A stretch of 63,979 nt of DNA, filler included, from Choristocarpus tenellus KU-1152 (taxonomy: Eukaryota > Protista > Phaeophyceae), in NCBI GenBank assembly GCA_964200185.2. It is 15 parts of 15 records of this genome, joined end to end, with 100 filler letters (N's around TTAATTAATTAA, not from the genome) between each part and the next. Parts side by side here need not be neighbours in the genome. Positions count along the whole stretch, not along the records: positions 54,522 to 57,462 come from CAXNAD020023496.1; positions 57,563 to 61,278 come from CAXNAD020018330.1; positions 61,379 to 63,979 come from CAXNAD020026378.1; 12 more parts are not named here. The stretch is one strand, 5' to 3'. Below are positions 54,522 to 63,979 of the stretch, in pieces. A program made the position numbers and the translations under genes. The notes below the pieces were generated by a model that saw only the letters and a program-made list of their open reading frames with translations, was not told the origin of the DNA and did no database searches. Within the stretch, counting starts at the first letter, position 1. Each line of letters begins with the position of its first letter.

Positions 54522-54837
54522 GAATAAGTAAATGGTCTCGTAGTTGTTGCCAGGCTCCTGAAGGCGAGGCAGCATTCCGGACTATACACTGGTAAATTCC
54601 GCTGGTGCTCCTCAGCAGGACGTCATATGCCTTCTTGGCCTTGGTGACTTCGTCTTCATTGACATCTTCGCCCTTAATGAATTCGATGTCACCAACTCTG
54701 ATGGGTATCCTCCTATACTCCAGTGCCTCATCGATGTCCCCCTTAGCCCCCAAAAATGCGCGCGTTGTAGCGAACCAATCCGCAAAATTGTTGTCCGAGA
54801 GCTGGAGGAGTTTGGTATTGGTCCCATCAGAAGCCAT
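54522..54837 (-). mobile_element. Ty1/copia gag N-terminus (UBN2/Retrotran_gag_2-like)
   Basis: LSDNNFADWFATTRAFLGAKG...KAKKAYDVLLRSTSG...IVRNAASPSGAWQQLRDH; typical L...NF..W and A...W..L pattern. Confidence 0.85.
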
Positions 54838-56339
54838 GAGTGGTGCTATGCCAATTCAAAACAAACCAGTCTGACTGCGCCTCCCCTGGCCTGAGTTTGG
54901 ATGAAGCGCTTAAGCGTGTTGAGAAGCTTGGTGCACATGAGGCTCATTGCCGGAAGCTAGCAGTTAAATTACATGGTAAAGCACACACTGAATTATTAAT
55001 TGCCTGCCAACCATCCATCACCACTGACGTGTGGATTAATGTTGACCTATTATATTTTGTATCATAGCTAGCCAAATACAAACGTACGTATAACCTATGT
55101 TGTATACTTGTGTCAGCACAAACAACGTAAGGATAACACTAGGTATTCGACAAGGAATACTTCTCGTTTCAATCTCTGTCTTTACCAACTCAGGAACACA
55201 GCCTTCTTTGTAGCGAGTGATTCAATATCCTCACCACGCAGCATCCTCCTCACATTTCCCCCGCCATCACATATCCCATCCAGGATTCCTTCGTGCACAT
55301 AGCAGTAGTTGTCCAGGACAATGTGCTTGTCAGATTTGTCAGCCCGCATGGTCGTATATAACCTGCTGGAGGACACAGATTTGCACATGGTTGTACGTTG
55401 ATGCCAATCTGTTGGCCGAGTGGAGGAGTTCCGACGTGCAAGCCTCGATAATTTTTGCTGTCATTCTGATGTTGAACTTACCATCAGAGTGGATTGATTG
55501 CGGCTGGCACAGGGATCATCACTGGATCTAGGATCGTCACTATTATCATCTTCTCCTACAGCAATTCCCCCTTTAGTGACGGGTTTCTTCCCCAGATCTG
55601 TGCCGTCTGCCACTTTTCCTTCGTCTCCCTAATTCTCTGCATAAAAGAGAAAATATCTTTAAGCAACGTCGTAGGGCGTTCTTCATGTCCTTCGCTTCTC
55701 ACTTTCAGCGTCCAGACCTTCATTACCAGACCTTTCTGCACCACGCTCCGCTGATGTCTTGGAGATTGAAAACATGTCGACAGCTTCCTAACAAGGCCTT
55801 CCACACTCTGGGGATCTTGGTTCCCGCCCAGAATAAGTATTGGTCATCACCACACCTCCCGACTGGGTGCTCAGGTTTGTATTTGTGTTCCCGTGTATGG
55901 TTTGTGTTTTCTAGACCACCTTCTTGAGATCATATACTGCCGTCACGTTTCCATCTTCCGTTCTGATGATGCATGCTACATGGCTTGAGTCTGGGACAGC
56001 GGATGTGGGGGCAAAGGAAAGGGCGAAGGAAGTCGAGGTTGAAGAGCAATCAAAGATCGTCGTGGACGTTCTATATAGAGACCATTTAGTGTGTGTGTGT
56101 GTTTGGTACTTTGATGGTGAGAGCTTCCCTACATACTACCTACGTGCAATAAGCCTGTGCCGCGTTGTCCATAACTTGTGAAGATGATGTGAAATTCATT
56201 TCGGCAAGAAGATTTGGAATCCTTGACGAATTTCTGGTTGAGTTCAGCTCTTTTTGTTATTATTACTCCCCCTCCATCACAATTACATCAGTCACAGAAA
56301 AAGGCTCCATGTCTACCTTCGACGTGTTTTCAAGTTCAT

Positions 56340-57350
56340 TAGACAACTGCCTCTTCCTTACCCCTGTGTGCTCCACACTGAAGTCATTCTAAGCATTTGA
56401 TTGTACACCACAAAAAGGAGCCGCCAAGCCCTCTGAAGTGTGGTGTTTCATCATACTCCTCATACTGTTTCTTAATTGACCTTCACCATCTCCTCAACGG
56501 ACCCAAACCACTCCCCCATCACCCGGCATTTCAAAGACCTGAAGAAGCACAGGTCCATGATATTGAGTTCAGGGGAGTTAGATGGCTGCATCACAAGCCT
56601 AATCGACCACCCCTCAGTCTTCCCTACCCCTGACAAGATTTCTGAGTTGCCTTTGCCCATGTGGGGGATGGCACCGTCTTGCTGAACAACAATGTGCTTT
56701 CCCTGAAACCAAGGCATCTTGGTCTTGATTACAGGCAGTAACTCTTCCGTGTACCACTCGCTGTACTACAAATGGTCTAAAATACAGTCCTGCTCATACA
56801 CATCCCCCTTTTTATGGTTCTTGTCCTGTCTGCCGTTTTTGGCGCACACACACGCTTTACACCAGGCTTTCCATCAAAGCTGTGAGCCGAATCTGGGTGG
56901 CCGTTGGATTTAATGATCATGGTTTTGGGGATGGAACTCTTGTGCTGCACGGTAGGGGACCCTGGAAGGTCGCTATCATCCTCATGAGGAAATACCCTAA
57001 CCCTTTCCCCATCAGCCATCACGTAAAACCAGGTTTCAGCCACATGGATCGTGTTTGTCATTGAGGCGAACACATCACATTTCCGGTTCACTTGATCGCA
57101 AACAGAGTTCATTCTTCATACCTTTTGCCACGATTTAAGCTTGGGTTTGTTCGAGCAGCGATTCGGCATGGCCCCCATATCATCCAACCACCTGTTTATG
57201 GTGCTTGTGCTATAATTCAGCCCCTTGGCATACATCTTCACAGTCACCTGACGCACTGTGGACGACTGATTATCGGAGTTGATACTATGTATTGCGGCCA
57301 TCTTGGTCGATGTGAGCTCCGAAAGTCACCCACTACGTGCCGCCACCCCT
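56340..57350 (-). mobile_element. Mariner-like (plant DD39D-related) transposase pseudogene with DD40D spacing
   Basis: HTH-like region; TIHVAETWF (normally HVDEKWF); VVQQDGAIPH; QPSNSPELNIMDLCFF; split over three frameshifted ORFs. Confidence 0.9.
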
Positions 57351-58359
57351 AGATCAAGTGTGCGGCCACGGGCGAGCTGATCGGTGACCCAAAGTATCTG
57401 GGAGGGGGGGGAGGTCTACACCAGGGTGTCCATTGGGACCAAAATAAGGAAAAGTGCATTTANNNNNNNNNNNNNNNNNNNNNNNNNNNNNNNNNNNNNN
57501 NNNNNNTTAATTAATTAANNNNNNNNNNNNNNNNNNNNNNNNNNNNNNNNNNNNNNNNNNNNTTGTATTTTGATCCCCAAATGGACGCGGCTCTACCCTC
57601 TAAGATACTTTGGCTCTTTAATCGAATCTGAAAAGCTATGAACCAATTATTCTCTCATTTTTTTATATTCTTCCCTGGAGTGTTTGGAGGAGAGGACATA
57701 CATACATACACACACACACAACCACAACCACATTTGCAACTACTGTATAATAAACCATGAATATGGCCAGGTACGTTACAAAGGTTCCACAGCCCACCTT
57801 ACAGTCATACAAACTCCAGTCCCCAGGCCTGTAGGCTGATGATGAGGCTCACAGACGGCGCCTGTGATGTATCGATAGGCTGATAACGGAACGGAAATGG
57901 TGGTTATCATTTTAATTCTCAAGTTAAATTTATGACAGTGTATCAGAAGTCACCTTCCACCTGTCAAAACTATTGACATAAATACTGTATGCAACAAATT
58001 TCTTTCATGTTATATATTGACATCGATAATCGCATACTGTACACCCTGTTCTTTTTTCCTTCACATTTCAAGTGTTGTTGTGTCAAAGTCACCAACCCTG
58101 TTGTGTTTTTGTCGCTTTTGGTAATTTCTCTCTTTTGTACCTCTCCAATCCTTAACCTCCATTTCCCATCTCACCTCTTTTGAACTTGTTCTTTCGCAAT
58201 ACTCAGGTGATGGGTCTGGTTCAAATACTCTTTAACCCATCATGAAAGCACGAAAAAAAGCTGTTGACAGTGACACAGGCATGGAAGTGCCTCTTATTGT
58301 AACATCATCTTCGATTCACAAAAATAGGAGTTAGTTACACAACGACAAAAAGTATGTCC

Positions 58360-58900
58360 CAGTCATGACTATCAATATGTATAAATGTAGGGGAGTGGTC
58401 AGAGGGGAATATACCCCTGTTAAATGAACACTTGTCGTTAATGTAAACGATATCTTGCTAAAATTTATTTTCTATTTGAACACTAGCTTTACAACAACAT
58501 TCCTTTGAAGGTTGGTAATTGCAATGTAATGTGTATGCAGCTGCTTTATCTCTAATCTAGTTCCTGGGTGAGGATGTATGAAAGCATACCCCTACATGTT
58601 TAAACGTACCTAAATATATTTCTGAGAAGGAGAGACGAGAAAACAATCTTGGTTTACAATCTTTCTAAGAAAAGAAATTGGTCGAAGATTGTTCCTGTAA
58701 AAGAGATAGTTGAAAAGAATATTCTTACAGTAACTGAGATTACTTGTTTTTATCCGATTTCCTTTTGTTGAACACTGATTTAGAATTGGATGATAGGGTT
58801 GAGTTGATAACTTTTTGTGGAAAATGGAAACTCAACTTTTTGACAGAGAAACGCCGAGAACGGAAAACGACTTTCTTACACATCCTCTTTAACCTACCTG
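58360..58900 (-). mobile_element. Possible LINE apurinic endonuclease relic
   Basis: Minus-strand YAFIHPHPGTRLE then GIFPSDHSPTFI, resembling APE motifs YT....SRLD and SDH.P; very degenerate. Confidence 0.35.
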
Positions 58901-59793
58901 CCTGCACTGACAACTGTACGTCTTCTACCAAAAAAGTTTTTACTACTTCTACCTGTTCTGAAATGGGGATGAAAGCTAACAGCAGTCGCAAAAAGAAGTC
59001 GCAAGGGAGTGACTTTTCCCTCCGTTCTTGTTGTTTGAGGGAGTGTGTACTCAAGGTCCTCTCCCTCCTCATTGTGCTTGTGCTCGTGCTTGTCCTGGGC
59101 ATTCAGGTAAGGGAAAGGAAAGAAGAGTGAAGTGCTTTGGAATGGCATAAGTTCGCGTGAAGTGAGAGTGGATTGCATTAAGGATTAGTGTTTGTACTGC
59201 CCGAATTGAACTATGCAGGGTGTACCCGAGGCAGCAGTGTGGTATTGTGGTGGTAACGACCTTCCTTTCCCCCTTCTAAAGAATCTTCTCAGATGATCAA
59301 CTTGACTTCTTAAACTCATCACTTTACCTGTGTTCCTTCATCCCCCTTACCCGATTGCACAATTTGCTCGATGAATCCCGACCTCCTTGGACGTTGCAAA
59401 CCTCAGACGGGAATGCAGAGAGCAGTCGGCTTGCACCAACAGTCCCTCGAACAGGTAACAGGAAATGGACAGCTTAAACTGCCTTTAAGTTTTCCTGATC
59501 TGCAGAAGCTCGTGACGCCCTACAGTGGTAGGCAATACTCAGCAACATCCACAGGGCCCTAGGGTTATTGCTCCACTCCTCTTACCTCAAGTCCTGACTG
59601 ACGCTTATCCGGGACCTGTACCCCTCATCACACCAATGCCTCCCTATGAGTTGTAGTGCAACCATACTTGTGGCCATTTTACTTCCGACTGCTGCACATC
59701 TATTCGACCGCCCACACACGCATCTCCCCTTGACCTTTTGATCCTAAAAGAAGATTGCCCAGACGGAACAGTCTTCGCGTGATCCTCTTTTAG

Positions 59794-60233
59794 GTACCAC
59801 CGCGCTCTTGGGCAACGCGCTACAAGCAGGGGATAAGGATGCTGAGGCGACGGGAAAAGGGCCATTAGTAGCAGGCGAAGTGGAGAGGGAGGTGGGGGCA
59901 GGATCGGAGGCTGGGGGAAAAGGGAGAGGATGGATGGGGGGAGTTGTGGACGAGGATAGATCATGGAAGGTCGGCACAGACACATTGAGGGAACAAATGG
60001 TGGGGAAGTGGGAAAGTCCGCTGAGGGCCCATTTAGAAGATGAGGCTAGGAATCGGTTGAATGGGGATGTGGACCAGAGGGAGAGGCTGTCTAGGGTGAG
60101 GGAACAGCAAGAATATATGTGGAAAGAAAATGCCTCTGACATGGACTTGCCACGGAAACCTCTGGAGCCTGTATCGCCCAGAGATACGCCAAAGAGAATC
60201 ACCGGTAGTGAGTTGGAAAGGCAAAACCTCGAG
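59794..60233 (+). CDS. Internal exon of an unknown charged/coiled-coil protein (candidate small exons near 59418-59454 and 60408-60467)
   Basis: ttttag acceptor, gtgaga donor, long open frame rich in E/R. Confidence 0.6.
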
Positions 60234-61599
60234 GTGAGATGGAGGAGTGCTTGTTCATGATACAAAAAAAAGTGAAGAAATAGATATAATGTGGTAGCAA
60301 AGTGCCAGGTTCAGGGTTAGGGCTAGACTTGGAGCTTGAGCAGGAGTTTGGTGGGGCACCGTATTTTGGTGCGTGCGATATGGGGTCCTATTTCTTTGTT
60401 GTGACAGGCAGGCCCTAGGTCAAAAGATGAACTGTTCAGAATCTGCAGTGATTGAAATGACAAAGTCGTAATGCTTACAACAGGATCATCTTTTTTTACT
60501 ATTGCACTACCACTAGAATGAGCTCATTCTTGTTGTGCGATGATCGTTCTTGAACGGATAGGTCTTCTCCACCAAACTATCTGTAAGTCTGACTTCACAT
60601 GCCTTGAGCGGTCTAGGGTCAGCTGTAGAGTGGATCATACACACTTACATATTTGTATTTATGTAAATATAAATGTGCATCTTCAACGGAATAAAATATC
60701 TGTTGTAATCCAAAGGATGGAGATCAGATAGTAAATTAAAAAAACGGAATTAAAGTGTTCAGGTGCTGGCAGTGCTTAGTAAAGGGGGCTATGAAGGGGT
60801 TTGGATGAATAAGTAGATTACATCCAGTTAGGTGTATAAGATACCAACCTGAGGAACCCTAGGCCTTGCCCAGGTGGTGAGTTGGGTTGCAGAAGGTTGC
60901 TCCGCGCTCGCTGCAATGCGCTCTGGAGTTGAGCAAGGAAAGAGGTGTGTTTGCAGTGGGTTGTTGTGGCGATGCATGCAGGGGGGATTTATGTCCAACC
61001 CAAAAGTCACTCTGTCCAAGTTACGGATGACTGTCGCACTCCAATGCGCCAGTGGTCCTCCACACACCTTACACCTCAGCAGTGTTCTCCTAGGAGGCTA
61101 GGAGGGCATTGGACCAGGATGCAGCCTTCATCTCTTGACTGTGGCCCATTCCGCCGGTCAAAGTCCGTGCGCAGTAGCAATCCTCCTGATCCGTAGTGAT
61201 TTTTTTGAGAAAATGTTCGGACTACAATTAAGGTCTTCCGCCTCCGTCGACCGATTGGCTGAGCGAAAACGGGGGGGGNNNNNNNNNNNNNNNNNNNNNN
61301 NNNNNNNNNNNNNNNNNNNNNNTTAATTAATTAANNNNNNNNNNNNNNNNNNNNNNNNNNNNNNNNNNNNNNNNNNNNATCCAACTACTTTGACATAACC
61401 GTTGACTTAGATAGGAAGCACAAATAAATAATATAGAAGCAATGAGAAGAGACCACGCAGAGGTCACTCTTCCAATTACAACCATGTAATCACATTCAGC
61501 ATAGGGGGTCGTGTGAGGCTTCACACCTTCTTATCTTCACTACTAACAAATAGCATTACCTCCCAAGGTAATTTGCACAGGGAGCATTGACCTTCAGTA

Positions 61600-62650
61600 A
61601 ATGAAAGTTCCCTCTAGTGTTGTCTACAAAATGTTGCTCCTAAAAATAATTTCGTAAGGCAGCCTCACCATTATCCTACAACCCATATTGCGCACTTTTT
61701 CCTCTGGGGAAAACGCTATTGGAAGTTACATGACCTCAATACTAGCATTGGTGGAATATTGCACCCTCTGGGGTTTGCTGCATGTAAGGTGCCTTTGCCT
61801 GCCATGTTGAGCTGTGGTACACAATTTTCACAAAAATAGATGAAACTTGCACCTGTGTCAAGGAGTACCTGGGCAAGCATCCTCGAGTGGACTCTGCGTG
61901 GATGACATAGCAGGGCATATGTCAATACTTGAGTATTACCATAGGCCGGTGTCATGGTGAATATTATCGAGGTGGAAATGAAAGTCTAAATGTCTATAGT
62001 TGGAATGTCATGACTGGAAACTTAGACTCTCCATGGTGTAACTTCAAGACGACTCTGCAGCGTGCGAATTGGTTGGGCTTCCTGCGAATAGTGGAGGAAG
62101 TTTCGAGTCTTGCATCGCTGCTAGGTATCGGAGATTCGTTTCTATTAAGGCTATTATCGTACAAGACTCTGCTGTGGATTGAGTACCCGGAGGTCCTCGG
62201 AGGGTTCCTGAAAGGTATGGGAAGATTCCCCTGGGAACCACGAGTCGTTTTATATATACCTGCACTGGTCTGTTATGGACGTGAAGAAGTCTTGACTACA
62301 GCCATGATGAAAGCATACTCGGTGTGCCTTTAGTTATGTATCGACTTCGTCCTGGGAGGTAGATGATGGAGGTAAGCCTTTGCCTCAGTCATGCCGACTT
62401 CTATTGCTCGCCTTGACTGTGGGTAGAGCAAGTGGTGATCAAAGCACAGACTGGGGAACAGATGTGGCTGGTCGAACGGGTTATGATGCCTTGCATTTTG
62501 GGAACGAACGGGGTACTGTGTTTTGTGGGAACGGAGGAAGGTTCAGTATTTAAGGCTGCACAGACAGCGGGCGAGGAGTTCTGGGTTATAACAGGTTGAA
62601 GCATTGGTGCAAGGGCTGCCAGTACACGGTTGACAACCTCTCTATATAAA
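61600..62650 (-). mobile_element. Ty3/gypsy-like gag-protease relic
   Basis: AQVLLDTGASFIYF retropepsin active-site motif (~61835-61876) and a downstream LFLGATF; fragmented frames. Confidence 0.7.
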
Positions 62651-63979
62651 AGTGAATTTTGGCTTGATACCTATTCGTGCATGGAAGTCCTGTTGTGGTG
62701 ATATAGTCCCTGTTTCTGCCTGACGATCAGGGTTTCGACTGAGGCAGCGCAAGGGTGTAACATGCTAGCAAACGAGTGCATCTACCATCTACCCAAATCA
62801 ACATAAGTCTCCTCCTTACACAATGCAGGTTTTGCAGCATTTTGATTGGCTGGGATAAATCGGTCGCTCCGATTGGATAGCTCTTTAATGAGATTATCAA
62901 TAATCCGTTATGATTTAATTCGACGGTAACCATTTAGTTCCCCAAAGGAATTACTCTGCAAAAAATCCTAGGGGGTGAATTTGGCTTCTAATCTTGTGAA
63001 GAAAAAAATACAATACATAATATAGTACAGAACAGAGGATAATTATATATGGGTAGGACTTTGGGTAGGAGAGTTGGGATCGTTGGTACAAGTCAATGAG
63101 TTGATCTTCACCTACCTATATATCCCCCTCCAAAAGAGCTTTACATATATGAGGCATCCGCAAGTCTACCGTATACGCTCGATAGTGGTAAACTCGGCTA
63201 TGGTCGCAGCCTTCCGTGTCACACCTTTCTCTCTTTAAAAAAAAAACACACGTGGCAACCATTACCACGATTTTCTGCTGGTCATCCAAAAAGGGTGCAT
63301 TCTCTTACCGAAATATGAACCCACTCAGTTGCCGTAACGTCGTCTCAATGGACCTGTAAGAGCTTTCCTTTGATGCGTGGGACGTGGATTGCAGACAAAG
63401 CACCTGAAAGGACCGCTGCGTGTCCTAAGAAAGTCAGACAAGAGTTTTCAACGAGCTCGATGTGGAAAGGGGTGAAGTTATTGATGTGTGGACGCGATGC
63501 ATAAACATGCCGAGCCATCACGACTGCTGCAAGAGTTCTCGCCAAGTCTGGCCTTGGGCAGGAACATCTCTGAATCACTGATTCCCAGCGGAAACTGTGA
63601 AATAAAAGAACAGTGTGATACACGAAAAACAGATCGGGATTGTCAGTGTACGAATGCCGAGGAAGAACTGTGCAATATAGGCTAGGTCGTCTATAGAGTT
63701 TTATATGTTTACTGACCAATACCCAGTAACAGAAGTGTTGACTCGGAAAGGAAAGTGTCAAGATTTGTTTCCAAACGTTTGTATTATTAGGTGCGAGTCT
63801 CGATGGATTGATTTTTTATTTCTGTTTAATATAAGTGGCTGACGTAGTGTAACTGTCACAAACGTTTATCTGATGTGTTTGCTGACATATGCATTAGATA
63901 ACAAGGGAGAGTACCCCCCGCACATCGAGGGTAGTGCTCACTCCGCCAATAAACACATACATACAGCATAAGAACTACC

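Noticed and set aside
57386-57462. MITE end as the terminal repeat of the adjacent mariner transposase
   Set aside because: It points away from the transposase, there is no partner end downstream, and family A flanks are not TA.

Overview
This window is not a continuous locus. It is 15 short contigs from a fragmented, intron-rich, repeat-rich eukaryotic assembly, joined by an artificial 100-bp linker (44 N + TTAATTAATTAA + 44 N). Gene style and TTAGGG-like relics suggest a stramenopile, possibly a brown alga (inference). Genes rebuilt by hand from GT-AG exons: a complete divergent Rab11-family GTPase with Rab11B-like signatures, a complete 4-exon UBA-like protein, and fragments of a ubiquitin-specific protease, an LMF1-like protein, a YacP/Rae1-type NYN ribonuclease, a GT-A-like 'NADIFFD/SQDAW' protein and several unknown proteins. 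Mobile DNA dominates the rest: degenerate Ty3/gypsy, Ty1/copia, probable DIRS-like and LINE remnants, a DD40D mariner-like transposase, and a very abundant G-rich MITE family (about 17 full or partial copies, many at contig breaks). There is also a second hairpin/(TAA)n-tailed dispersed repeat, and an ~800-bp T-shaped nested foldback at about 49985-50800. I see no CRISPR array, rRNA, tRNA or Fanzor/TnpB. The strongest novelty candidates are the repeat architectures, the Rab11B-like GTPase and the GT-A-like gene; I cannot support a new multi-gene system.
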